Of a stretch of 64,000 nucleotides of DNA, positions 1 to 13,299 are shown one piece after another. The stretch spans positions 383,718,001-383,782,000 of the forward strand of contig OZ024741.1 in NCBI GenBank assembly GCA_964016885.1, in the 5' to 3' direction. Each line of letters starts with the position of its first letter. Within the stretch, counting starts at the first letter, position 1. Below the pieces are notes generated by a model, which was given only the letters and a program-made list of their open reading frames with translations, was not told where the DNA came from and ran no database searches. The DNA comes from Eledone cirrhosa (taxonomy: Eukaryota). The position numbers and the translations under genes are program-made.

Positions 1-257
1 ATATTATAGATATATACTTGAATAAAATATAAACAGGATCCTAGATACATAAAAGTAGGATTTTGGTATCTTCTGCCCTCAGACAAAAGGTTGGGAACGA
101 AATATGAAATATGAAATAATCTCTTGCATATTCGAAATTCACTATGGAATAGTTAAAAGGTTTTCATTTGAATACAGTCGAAATGAGTATTCTGCATTCA
201 AATATCATAGCATCGAAGGAGTTGCACCCGTTCTCAAATGCCACAGACAAACACACG

Positions 258-364
<107 letters not shown>

Positions 365-1049
365 GTATGTATATATTATATATATATATGAATAGTTAGT
401 TAAATAGATAGGTAAGTAGATAGATAGATATGTAACTCTCTATATGTAACTCTATATAAAAGTATGTAAACATTCCTTCATATAAGTGTCCTTATATTTA
501 TCATTTCGATTCAACCAATACGGTGTTGTTTTATCACAATCCATACCCTCAAAAAATTGATGTATTAGTCAATACATAGCAAAGGATAATGTTACATAGA
601 CAAACATGGCAAGTAATTTTCTTTATTTCCCATAAGAGCGACAGATGACGGTAAGATTCGAAGAACAATTACACAAACTGTGATTGTTTACGAAGAATCG
701 ATTAGGTAAAAGAAAACACGCATACGAAAGAAACTAAATCAAGCTTCTTAATAGAGGACAGATATATACAATGAACTAAGAAACCCAACAGATCCAGAAA
801 TACTCTGAATACTCAGAACAAGTTCACTCTTGCAGTTGTATTCTTTGGGCTTTCAGGCGCATGTGAATATTCCGTCGTGTCATTCTTTTTGTCCTCCAGC
901 AAATTTATTGGAAGGAGCAACCTCCAGTAAATTTGTGGAAAGGTGTGCTTCTAGCTTTACCTTTCTTTTCAAGGGAAACTTGAAAATGCTGTTGAGGCTT
1001 TGGCCGAAGAGTAAAGTATTCATTGTCAGTTCTTTCTATCTTGTCTTTT

Positions 1050-1460
1050 CATACAATCACTGACGACATAGAAACATGTCAGAGGAACACTACCTGGCCT
1101 CGCACTCAATGCAATGTGGTGGAATGATCTTCGCGATAGCCAAATCTGTCCTATACGTGGCAAGAGCTGTTTGACATAACTCCATAAGTGATACGCGGAC
1201 ACTGAACGAGTATGTGCTCTACGCATATCACACACATACATGACTAACCCCGCTACCATCCTTGTGGATTTTATAAAATAAAACTTGTAAAGCTCTCCCT
1301 AAGCCATGGATTTCTGGAAGTTCCTTTTATGTTCTTCGAGCTGAAAGTCTCCCGGAATAAGCTACTAGACTGATCTCCATTGACACCCAGAATCTCACAG
1401 AGAATGTCGTTGGACTTACGTACTACTAAACGACAATATATTTCAATTGATAACAATCAC
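1050..1460 (-). mobile_element. Old degraded fragment of the Tx1/L1-type LINE family (post-RT region)
   Basis: Minus translation YCRLVVRKSNDILCEILGVNGDQSSSLFRETFS aligns by eye to FYRGLVEGKSDDFLGEILGVEEDQLFALFRRTFS of ORF 6111..7190; boundaries approximate. Confidence 0.65.
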
Positions 1461-2319
1461 AATGCGAACACCATGTGAGGAGTTAGTGGTTGTCTGCTAG
1501 TCTATTTAATGTACAGATTGTAAATTGATCATTGAATCTAACCTGAGCAGGATTTCTCATAATATAGTCTTCTTCATTCGAGAGTTGCCTGACAATAAAT
1601 GAGCTTACTGCTGTATTGTATCCCGGTTGCCACTAATGATTATGCATATACTGTTTGGATAGTAACACAAGTTAATCTTCAATTATAAATGTATTCACAT
1701 GTGAATGAAAGTGATTGTGAACCCGCATAATTTATTGCATGCATCTTATAAAAACAGAAAAGCTATGTTATCTATTATATCTCAATAATATGTGCTTTCA
1801 ATAGATGTACTTAATTTTCACACAGCAAAACAAACCAAACCAGTTAAACACCAAGATTGCGCCTTTACAAACACATTAGATATGAGACCTACATACATAT
1901 ATATTCATTCATACATACATACATATACAAACAAACATTTCATACACACATACATACACACACACACATACATACACACACACACACATACATATACACA
2001 CACACATACATACACACACATACATACATATATACATAGATACATACACATACATACACGTATATATACTTACAAACGTATATGCATATAATATAAATAT
2101 ATTTACATAATTGTGTAAATATAAATAAATACCATGCGTTCGTATCTTCAATTTAAATTGAAAAACATTTTATCTATGTACCTATTTGTCTACGCACTTT
2201 AGAAATGTATAATTAGATTATTGGCACACATACACACGTATATATACACACACACACACACGTACATATACACACAGTCGCACATGCATGCATACGCATG
2301 TATATATATATATATATAT

Positions 2320-2631
2320 CATCATTTCTTTTTATGTCCACTTTTCCCTGCTTGCAAGGGTGGGACGGGAACTGATTCTGGCTTGATTTCTACAGCTGGA
2401 TGCCCTTCCTAACACCAACCTCATTTACAGTGAGTGTTGGGTGCCTTTTTGCTGTGGCACCTCCACGACCACTTTGCAGTGATGGGGACTCATTTCTACA
2501 GCTGAGTAAACTGGAGCAATGTGAAATAAAGTGTCTTGCTCAAGGAAACAACACATCACCCGGTCTGAGAATTGAACTCACAACCTTTTGATTGCAAGGC
2601 CAATGCTCTAACCACTAAGCCGTGTGCCTCC
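2320..2631 (-). mobile_element. tRNA-derived SINE
   Basis: Minus strand has A-box-like GGCTTAGTGGTTAGAGCA and B-box-like GAGTTCAATTCTC, then CCTTGAGCAAGACACTTTATTTCAC core; sits between TA tracts. Confidence 0.65.
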
Positions 2632-2649
2632 ATACATATATATATATAT

Positions 2650-3252
2650 TTGTGGCTGCCAACTCGTTTTCGAGTACGGCTACTACTTTATATCCATGTA
2701 GGAGAACCCCTACCGATGCGCTGAACGAGTGTGACTTTTTAGTCCAGTCAGCGACTTGAAAACTCTGGTACAAACACTACACTTGTGACAATTATTGACA
2801 CATAGTGCTTTGCCTTTGGTACCATGTGACGACAAGTGCAGAGAGATCTCCAGATACAAAGCAATGCCTGTGCCGTGAAGCTTTTACAGTGAGCAAAGGC
2901 ACTGCACAAAGCCAGTCCCACTCTCTTAACCAAGATGATATTTACCAAAAAGAAGAACAAGTCAACATCATTGGATACCATCAGGGTTGCAGGTGTTATA
3001 TCAGATTTTCCTTCTCCAAGAATTGTGCCTTGACAAAGGCTAAGGGGTCATCTCTCCCGGTGATTTTGGATGACCATTGACTCTTAAGAGCTCCTTTGTC
3101 CTTTGACAGGTTTTGTTTTTAGTCCTGCAGGATGTCCAAAGTCACCCTCCTCACCAAGAAACCTTGGTGGGGTTGCCAGTTTAGTCCCCAACGACCCGAC
3201 CATGAGACAAGTTGTACTGGGATACATGTTACAGTAGCACCAACTGGTGACC
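2650..3252 (-). mobile_element. ~600 bp non-autonomous element, probably RTE-derived; copy 1
   Basis: Near-identical to 10050-10644 and 14438-14842; no intact ORF; flanked by TA/TACA microsatellites. Confidence 0.7.
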
Positions 3253-3259
3253 ATATATA

Positions 3260-3310
<51 letters not shown>

Positions 3311-3370
3311 CAAGCGTTAAACTAATATATTCCTGTACCGATTGTGTTGTTATTTCTGTTTACCATTTAC

Positions 3371-3404
<34 letters not shown>

Positions 3405-3723
3405 TCCCGTAATAGATGTAGGAGTTGTAGGAGCGCTATATTGACATACGGCGTTTCTAGGGTATTTTCAAACCTGATGGAGCCCATCCAAATCCAGGTC
3501 TTAAAACACCAGATTTCTTCCGCGGAAGAATAGAAAGTGAGAGAGAGTAAGTGAGAAACAGCTGCAGACTGGTACTTAGAAAATATATTTCTACACCCTA
3601 CCCCCCGGTATTGTGTGCTTATTCAGTTAATCCTTGAATATTTTAAATACTAGTGTATTAAAGGCATATTCTAATTCGCTTACACACACACCACCCTACA
3701 AACTTCTTTTTATTATTATTATT

Positions 3724-6700
3724 CGGTTACCAAGAGGATATACACTGACATCCTCTTGGAAACAACCATGACCAGCGAAAGGGACGGTTCTACTGTCCCT
3801 TCACCACACGATCAAGGTAAGTGACCCTTTCTCACTTGCCCCGTTTCTCATCCACATGGCCGTACTCAGAATAGGCAGTATAAATGCACGTGGCCTGGGG
3901 TCATCTTCGAAGCAGGGTCACCTGCTCAATGACCTCAGGTCACTAAACATAGATGTGGTGGCCATCAGTGAAACCAGTATCTCAGAAGCACAAGCCTTCG
4001 CACCGATTTTCGGCGGCTACGATGTATACGCATCTCCCAGCCGTCCAGGATCGGGGGGAGGGGTTGCCGTCCTTTTTCGGAGAGGCTTGGATCTCGCGAT
4101 ACGGGCCATCTTCCTAGACTCAGAAGGTAAGTCGGTGGTGCTGAACGTGACCGGCAGCGAAGGCAATGCTTTCAGGCTAGTAGCCATCTACGCCCCAACA
4201 GGGGCAGAACGGCCAGATTTCTTCAGACGTCTAGAGACCTTTCTTGGAACGTCCCGCTCTTTAGTGTTAGTGGGCGACTGGAACGGTATCTTGGATGCAC
4301 GCAGGGATTGTGTGGGGCTAGTGGATAGAATAGGAGGGTGCAAGAGCCTCACCAACCTGCTCAGACGTTTTGAACTGTCTGACAGGTATCGACTGGATCA
4401 CCCGAATGTGCCAATGTGGACATGGACGAACTGCATCGGGTCATCCAGATTGTATCTCGATGGGGTATTCTGCAGAGAACTAGATAAGGCTAGTATAAGT
4501 TGTCCACAATTTAAAATAGTCGACTACATAGACAACAAATTTGTGATCTGTGAGATCGACATAGGCAGACTTCATAGACAAGGGCCTGGTTACTGGATGC
4601 TGAACGCGTCTTTCCCGGCGCGCAAAGCCTACAGAGACCGGATTAGCGTATTAGTTAAGCGGGCGTTGACGGGAGCGGTCGTCAACAACAGGTGGTGGTT
4701 CGCCCTGAAAAGGGCAATTAAAGTAGAGTCGATTAGGTTTAGCAAAGGAGTAGTGATAGAGAAAAATAGAGTAGAGGGAGAGCTAGTCAGAAAGCTAGAA
4801 GAGGCGTTTAGGACAGGCATCGCAACCGACGTGCTTGCGGCGAGATTGGCACTAGACCAATTCTTCAACGCAAAACACGAAGGCTGCGTTGTCAGAGCTA
4901 GAGCGCGTGCTCTGAAAAACCAGGGGGCAAAAGCCGTCAAATGGGCCCGGGTGGCAGAGGCGCGACGTGGCAATAAAGCCACAATTCGGTCTTTGTCTGA
5001 CCAAAACGGGTGCGTGATGCTGGAACCCGAGCGGATGTGTGAAGCTTTTCAGCAGCACTTTGCTGAACTGTTCGGGAGCACCGGCGGCGGCGGCCCGGTT
5101 CGGGGCATGGACGTCAGTGCATACCTCGACGGACTACCTCGGCTCTCGATTACCGCAGCACAGTGTTGCGAAAACCCAATAACAGCCGGTGAAATACGGG
5201 AAGCGATGGATAACTGCACAAGGAGTAAATCGCCAGGTTTGGATGGTCTGCCCTACGAGCTTCATGCATTTATGCCAGACTTGTTCGGTGACCTCTTGGC
5301 AGACTTCTACTGCAACTGGCAGCCGAACGGGAGCATTCCCAGTTTTGTGAGCCGGGGAGCAGTGGCGCTGCTGAAAAAAGACCCGAACAAGGGGGATGTT
5401 TCGATAATTTCAGGCCCATAACCCTGCTAAACGCAGAGTTCAAGATTTTGGCCAAAGTGTTAGCAACGAGGTTGGCGCTTGTCGTCAAGGGTCTGGTGGG
5501 AGAGGCGCAGACATGCGCCATTCTGGACAGATCCATACACGACAACCTCCACCTCATGCGATACATCATAGTGAGGGTGGTTAAGGAACCTGGCACGGGT
5601 GGGGCCCTGATCAACTTGGATCAATCCAAAGCATTCGATAGGGTCGACCATCGGTACCTGGCGACGGTCCTCGAGGCAGCCGGTCTCGGGCCCGTTTTCA
5701 GGGGCTGGATCACAGCAATGTACAGCGACAACTGCTCAGTTGTGAGGGTGAACGGTCACCTGTCGCAGCCGTTCAGCATCATGCGCTCAGTCCGCCAGGG
5801 TTGTCCCCTCTCGTCCCTCTTGTACGTATTGGCTCTCGAGCCGTTACTGCACAAACTAGGGGCGATGAGGGGCGTCCCACGCGAACTAGGATACGGGAAA
5901 TCCGAGTCGGCTTACGCTGACGACGTCACCGTGGTGGTGTCGAGCACCAGACACGTCCAAATGCTCAGCACCGCTCTCAAGGAATACGAAGCGGTGACAG
6001 GAGCAAAGATAAACCAGGAAAAGTCGGTGGGCTTGCAGCTCGGCACCTGGAGAGGCAAGTCGATGCCGTCCGACAGAGTCGTGGGGCGTTGAACGGACGG
6101 ACCGGTTAAATTGCTCGGGTTCTGTTTCGGATCAGACCTCCAGATGGAGAAAAACTGGAACAAGGTGACGAACAGGGTGGACTCCCTCACCCAGAAATGG
6201 GCCGAGAGGAAGCTGTCCCTGAAAGGCCGGGCGGAGGGGGAGAATGCGTACGTCGCATCCGTCATCGGCTACCGCCTCACCGTCGTCCCTTGCTCCAGCC
6301 CAACTCTCACCAAAATGGAGCGTCTCCTCTTCCGCTTTTTGTGGGAGGCACGCGCTCCCATGGTCAGACGATCCATCAGCTGTCAACACCCGTTGCGTGG
6401 AGGACTGGGCATGCCATGGCTGATGATGCGCAAACATGCGCTGAGGCTGCGACATCTCTGGTGCTTCATTGATGGTAAACAGGTGTGGTCGGCGTTCGCC
6501 AGGCACGTTTTCCCACAGCTCGTCTCCTTGACGGAGCTGCAATCCTGGGTCAGAAAAAGACCGAGGGATAGCGCTTGGAAACTGGAATGTCTCCAGGCGC
6601 TCACTTCCCTCTGCCATCTGGGCACCAGTATCGGTGGAGCATCCAGCTCGGCGTTCTATAGAGGACTAGTGGAGGGGAAGAGCGACGACTTTCTCGGAGA

Positions 6701-7580
6701 GATCCTGGGCGTCGAAGAAGATCAGCTGTTTGCTCTCTTCCGGAGAACTTTCAGCCCAAGGCCTATGGATAACTTCCAAAACCCCCTGGCCTGGCGGTGC
6801 TACCGGGGAGCGCTGCCGGTTCGAGATAAGCTCTACAGGCACGGAAGTGCCGTCAGCCAAGCCTTTCCGAGATGCGCGCAGAGCGACGAAACCGTCGTGC
6901 ACGCACTCGTTCAGTGCCCGAGCATTGCTTACTTGTGGAGCTATGTCGAACATTTGCTGTCGCGTGTAGGACTGATCCGCTTGTCGACTGAGTCCATTGT
7001 GCAGATGGTCTCGCCGTCTTCCTTCGAGGAGGACGGGCAGGCGGTTTTCATCTGCCTGGTGGCCATGGCGAAAGAGATTGTGTGGTGGACAAGGTTAAAA
7101 GGGTTAAAGACAGACACTTTCCTCTTCGGCGAATCCCTAATTAACTTTTTCAAGTTTCACTTGAAGATGAAAATCAGGGTGGAGAGGTAAGTGCTGCCTT
7201 CTAGCAAGTTTGTTGAAAGGTGGGTGAATGTAGCGAGAATGGTCCGAGTGAACGGGACCACTCTGAATATACGTCATTAGTTTGAGATATGGAAAAATTG
7301 AGAGAGGGCGCTTGTCCTGGTGGTCAGGGTGGCCGTGGTCTTTTGTGTGGTTTTCGCCACGAGTAACCCTCGGAGGTTTCCCCCTATTTGGGAATTTTTT
7401 ATTGTTTCAATTTTCATTTTTATTGTTTATATATATATATGTTTCTATGTCCTTTTTTTCTTTTCTTATATAAATAATAAAAATATTTACACGCACAAAA
7501 CCCACATCGTACCGTCCTGTACCGTCCTGTGCCGCCTGTAATGGTTTTCTTGATATCAGCCCTTGTGGCCAATAAAGAAA

Positions 7581-7592
<12 letters not shown>
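3724..7592 (+). mobile_element. Tx1/L1-type non-LTR retrotransposon, ORF2 with APE endonuclease, RT and C-terminal Cys/His motif; no ORF1 seen
   Basis: APE motifs INARGL, ISET, IYAP, GDWN; RT motifs KSPGLDG, DQSKAFDRV, VRQGCPLS, YADD; RCAQSDETVVHALVQC; AATAAA then (ATT)n tail. Confidence 0.92.
3856..7280 (+). pseudogene. Disrupted ORF2 (APE-RT) of the Tx1-type LINE
   Basis: Frameshift near 5400 before FRPITLLN, TGA at 6090 where the 55 kb copy has TGG, TAA at 7188; split into ORFs 3856..5421, 5448..6092, 6111..7190. Confidence 0.88.
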
Positions 7593-7615
<23 letters not shown>

Positions 7616-7730
7616 TTTATTTTTCCTTTTATTTTTCTTCTTTTTATTTTTCTTCTTCTTCTTCTTCTTCTTCTTCTTCTTCTTCTTCTTCTTCTTCTTC
7701 TTCTTCTTCTTCTTCTTCTTCTTCTTCTTC
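7583..7730. repeat. (ATT)n followed by (CTT)n microsatellite
   Basis: Direct reading. Confidence 0.95.
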
Positions 7731-8192
7731 TACCACTTCAACTACTACCACTGCAATTGTAGTCAACAACCAGTCATTCAATAACAAGGAACCAACCAAT
7801 TTCTATTCCTAACCACCATGGTGGAGAGAGAGAGAAAGAGATAAACGAAAGTGTGAACTCTTTCATATGTATGTAAACTATGTTCTTTATACCCTCTTCT
7901 TATTAAAATACAACTTCATTTCATTATACACTTTTAATTATATTTCCTGTAGCATGAAGAAGCATAAACAACTTTTGGCTGAAACCGGTACGATTAATTG
8001 CTATTTTTAAATAAATATTTTGCTGTTATTCTATGAGAAGATCTTATTAACATTTTCTAGTTTTGTTTATTTTCCTAATATATATATATCAACTCGTGTG
8101 TCATTTCTAAACATTCACAAGCGTGAACCTAATACCTAACACCTTTCGTAACTGTACTCCTTGTTGTTCTTATTTACTTTTCCAATATATAT

Positions 8193-8260
<68 letters not shown>

Positions 8261-8619
8261 TGCGGTGCTGTGACCACCCTTGAACAGTGTTGCTGAGCAA
8301 ACAAGCCGAAACCGCTTGGCGCCGTGGTTGGGATTTTCCATGTCACTTTCTATATATATAAATATATATATGTGCGCGTGTGTGTGTGTGTATGCATATA
8401 TATATATACAATTTACGATTACCGTTTTATTATAACCAACTGTAAAACAACAAAATACTCTGATCAAGTAAGGTATAGCTGCCGGCTAACCCGTCCCTGC
8501 GGTACAGCTTCGATTTCTGACAAAATATTTTGTCTACTACCGCAATTTTACATACATGTATATTATACATACATGTATACAACGTCCTTTCTACAACTTT
8601 TCCCGTAGTTGAATAAGAG

Positions 8620-8920
8620 CAAAGACGACGCTGTCAAAGAAAATCATGATTAGAAAACATCAAGAACTGGATACCTCTCAACACTACAAACGTCCTGTGT
8701 ATAACGGTGGACAGAGATCAGTGTGATTGTTGACTACCAAAACGTATAGAGTGGCCCATCAATGGCTGGTTGCGCCAGTTAAGAGACGTTGATGATACAT
8801 AATATAATTACCGGAATAAGCAACTAGGTTGATCTCCAATGACACCTAGAGTCTCGCAAAGAACGTCGTTAGAGTTGTTTAACACTAACCGACTCTAGAA
8901 TTCAATTGATAATAACGACA
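8620..8920 (-). mobile_element. Old degraded Tx1-type fragment
   Basis: 8811-8915 resembles 1352-1456 (CCGGAATAAG...GATCTCCA.TGACACC.AGA...TTCAATTGATAA). Confidence 0.55.
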
Positions 8921-9544
8921 ATGATTATACATAATGTAGCTCCTTCGTTCTCAGGTTCTAAACATATTACACTAATAATTTGTTAAGTGTGCTAGTTTTC
9001 CACGAACAATAAAATCAATTACACATTAAATATGAGGTTCTGGTTGACGAAACATATACATTAGGACCAAACGTCGTTTTATAAATCTGTAGTCGTTATT
9101 AAGGTAAAAGGAAATTCATAGAAATTTTAAATAACAATTTGTTTAAGTGTGTTTTAATTAGTAAAAAATAATAACAAAATGGAAGTACAAAGCTGAAATG
9201 GTATTTAGTGCAACAACAACAGATAGGATGCGACGAATTTATAGAATCGTTAGAAAGCCAGATAGAACAATTTGCGCTATACTTTCCGGCCAAACACGCT
9301 CTGAGTTCAAATTTGCCTTTCATCATTTTGAGGATGAAAAAAAAAGTACCAGTCCAATACTCGGGTCGATTCTTCCTCCATGTCTCTTTCTGACTTCCTC
9401 TCTATCCTCCTCCTCTCTCTCACTCTCCCTCTCTCTCTCGACTGTGTTCAGACCTGGTGTAACTGCCGAAAAGTCACAGTATGTTAGTATACAGCCCACA
9501 CGATTCCTTTCGCATCCATCCATCGATACATACATACATACATG

Positions 9545-10040
9545 ATGGCTGCAAACTCTGCTAAGAGTACTACAATCTCTTGTCAGATTATGGAGTTTGG
9601 TGCACTTTTAGGCTATGGCCATCCACACAAACCTGTAACATATCCTGAACAAGCAATGCCTGCGCTTTGAAGGTATTTTAAGAGGGGAAAGGCCTTGCAC
9701 ACGACCAATTACACTCTCTGAGCCTCGAAAACACTACCCGAAAAGCCGCAGGTCTTTTTTTGGAGTTTCCCTCTCCTAGAAAGGTATTGTGATAACAACT
9801 GGGGGCCTTTCACTCCCATGTGGAAAAAAGAAAATGAAAGTACTTTTTGGATGGCCATTGATTTTGCTGAGTTCCTCCGCCCTTTGCCGGGTCTTGTGAT
9901 CATCCTGCAGGGTGTCCAAATATCACCCTCCTCACCAAGCAAGCTTGGTGGTGTTGCCGGTTTAGTCGCCGACAACCTGACCATGAGACAAGTTATACTG
10001 GGTTACATGTTACCAATAGCATCCGAGAGCGACCTGATAC
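9545..10040 (-). mobile_element. Diverged relative of the ~600 bp RTE-like element
   Basis: 9848-10020 aligns with 3065-3240 (TCACCCTCCTCACCAAG...CTTGGTGG, TTTAGTC, CCATGAGACAAGTT); TACA tract on the left. Confidence 0.6.
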
Positions 10041-10049
10041 ACATACATA

Positions 10050-10644
10050 GTAGCTGCCAACTCGTTTTCGAGTACGGCCACTACTTTATATCCAAGTAGG
10101 AGAACCCCTACTGATGCGCTGAACGAGTGTGACTTTTTAGTCCAGCCAGCCACTTGAAAACTCTGGTACAAACACTACACTTGTGACAATTACTGACACA
10201 TAGTGCTGGGACCATGGTACCATGTCACGACAAGTGCAGAGAGATGTCCAAATATAAAGCAATGCCTGTGCCGTGAAGCTTTTATAGTGAGCAAAGGCAC
10301 TGCACAAAGCCAGTCCCACTCTCTTAACAAAGATGATATTTACCAAAAAGAAGAACAAGTCAACATCATTGGATACCATCAGGGTTGTAGGTGTTATATC
10401 AGAGTTTTCCTTCTCCTAGAATTCTGCCTTGACAAAGGCTAAGGGGTCATCTCTCCCGGTGATTTTGGATGGGCATTGACTCTTAAGAGCTCCTTTGGCC
10501 CTTTGACAGGTTTTGTTTTTATTCCTGCAGGATGTCCAAAGTCACCCTACTCACCAAGAAACCTTGGTGGGATTGCCAGTTTAGTCCCCAACGACCCGCC
10601 CATGGGACAGGTTGTACTGGGATACATGTTACCAGTAGCACCAA
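10050..10644 (-). mobile_element. ~600 bp non-autonomous RTE-like element; copy 2
   Basis: Near-identical to 2650-3252; flanked by (TACA)n. Confidence 0.7.
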
Positions 10645-12923
10645 CATACATACATGCATACATACATACATACATACATACATACATACATACATACATA
10701 CATACATACATACATACATACATACATACATGCATGCATGCAGGAACGAATTCGTATCAAATTAAGATAGTCATAAGTAACAACGTGTACAAGGCCACAA
10801 TATATTTTTCAGTGAAACTTCTGCCGTTGATATTAAGTTTTATCAATACAGAAACCAATTTGATAGTTTGTATTTGAGGTGTTAAATGTTAAACATTTTC
10901 TACTAACACTAACTGCACCACGCTTTAGTGATTGATGGGCGTATGGTGCACGAAGTATTATTTCTCATTAAACTTGCTACTACTTCTGTCTTGATACGGA
11001 AGACACAATTATAAATAAAATATGTTGTCTAAGTATAACCTCTATACACGATAAAAGACAACATTGGTTATTAATGAAAACAAAACCTCAGTCGTTGTTA
11101 ATACTGTTTAAAATATGACAGCTTTTATGACAAACCTGTTTTTATATGTTCGTCGTGCCAACGGGGAAACCTGTCAGATATTCGCAAACGGAATGCTTCT
11201 GCACCCTGTTGGTGTTTGAAAGCTCGAGAGGGACACATTCGAAAGCTAGGGAATGGGAATGGGGTCGTTGGGTGACATGGAGTGATGAAGGAGGAAATGA
11301 ACCAAGAATACAAATTAGTAGTTGCTTGTGAAACTGTCACAATTAATTATTCTAGAAATGTTTTAATAAAATTTAAAGAAAATATTATACAAATCTAATT
11401 TTCAATGTATAATTTTTGCATCAACTTTACCGTGGGGTTGGCTGCTGATGAAATATATTCTTTAAAAGAGAACGATAGTCCAAAACAATTGGGTAACTCT
11501 GCTCTATGTGGTTGTTCGACGAAATAGAAATAGAAGCCGGACTGAAGCAGTATTCAGTTGGGACTAACTGCTACCAACAACAATAGTATGAGATCGTTAC
11601 GTATTTTACTTCTCGCTACGATATATAATTGTGTGAAGTGAGACATAATTTCATATTTGTAACGAGCGCATTTATTCATAGCAACTAACTAGAGAACACA
11701 CGTAACTTCTACGTTGTATATTTTCTCTAATATAAAATCGAAACAACAATGCCATTTTCTAATCAAAGTAAAGGCAAAATAATTAAGGCAAGTACGCGCC
11801 TGTTCTTTCAGAAAGACAAAACGTATACAACAAAAAATATCTCCTTAATGTTTTATCACACAAGTCAATATTTCGATCGGTTAAGTAAATTATTGAACGG
11901 ATTAATGTGAAGACATATAAACGGATTGAATAGCTCTGGAGTATGTACAGAATTGACGTCTGTCTGTTTATGGGAACGCCGACATCTGAATCATTAGGAT
12001 GACGAACAAACTTCTACCATTAATTGTTCCTAACCTGTCACCAAGACAACAAGAGAGTTTATAGAAAGCCGTTCGTCATGCTAGAAATAGCAGCTAGATT
12101 GCATCTTAAATATAGAGATGGTACGCTAGATGATCTAGTCGTACATAATATCCCTAAAAAGACGGGTTAATCATGATTGCAATCGTTCATAGATTTCTTC
12201 AATCATGAATGTATTGCGGCAATGCTTTGTGTCTATCTTGGAAATTATTATTGCATACACTTATAAGGGGCGGTGGTTAGCAGTATTGACAAAGCATCAG
12301 ACAACTTGCTTTGCGGCATAGAGTTATGACCCTTTACGGGAACGATAAAATAAAGTACCAGTAACACACTGAGGTCGATTTAATTGACTTCCACCTCCCC
12401 TAAAATGTTGACCTGCTTAAAACAGAAACTATTATTACATACACATATAAGGGGCAGTAGACGGCAAAATGTTTAGAGCAAAATCTTTAGAGCCTTGTGG
12501 TATTTTGTTATGGAACTTTACCTTCGGAGTTCAATTTCTCACACTCTGAATTCAAATCATGCTAAGGTCCATTTGCTTTTCATGCTTCCAGGGTCGATAA
12601 AATTACTCAAATGTTGTTTAACTCCAGGTCAACACTGATTGGGCAAAGCTATGAAAAAATATATTTATGATTGGACAAATCTATGAACAAATTCAAATAT
12701 AGGGGAAGGGTATTGTCGAATTAACGACTCCAGTAATTAGTACGTTATTTCATCGAAAGTGGGACGGTGAATAAGCAAATGAGACTATGACGAGATTTGA
12801 ATTCCAAACGTAGAGTGACGTGAGAAATTCCAAAAGGCATTTGTTTTTTCAGAACCCCTAACTATTCAACTAACTCGCCTTCCTCAGCTCGAGTGCGATT
12901 ATGTAAGAATCTACGTGTGGCTA

Positions 12924-13298
12924 TATTAGGAGGAAATATTACCTATGTACATGTTGTGTAAAATAACTAGGAATAAGCAAGCGCGTTGTGACTGCAATCT
13001 ATCAAAATATCATGTCACAACGGATAACATGGTTTATATAAATCGAGTTAATTTGCTTTAGCATAACATAACAAGTAATCACACCCACACAGAGACGTAT
13101 GTAAATATTTCTAGAAGTATTTACATACGTCTCAGTATGGGCATGATTACTTGTTATGTTATGCTCAAGAAAATTATCTGAATTTACATAAACCATGTTA
13201 TCTGTTGTGACATGATATTTTGATAGATTGCAGTCACAACGCGCTTGCTTATTCCTCGTTATTTTACACATGTACATAGGTAATATTTCCTCCTAATA
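12924..13298. mobile_element. 375 bp fold-back palindrome, MITE-like
   Basis: TATTAGGAGGAAATATTACCTATGTACATG... is mirrored by ...CATGTACATAGGTAATATTTCCTCCTAATA; centre CTAG at 13111-13114 with no spacer; TA termini. Confidence 0.8.
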
Positions 13299-13299
13299 C

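Noticed and set aside
11440-11500. CTGATGA here, plus partial cores near 37190, 38630, 54300 and 61575-61660
   Set aside because: GAAA, the NUH triplet or stem I pairing is missing in each case
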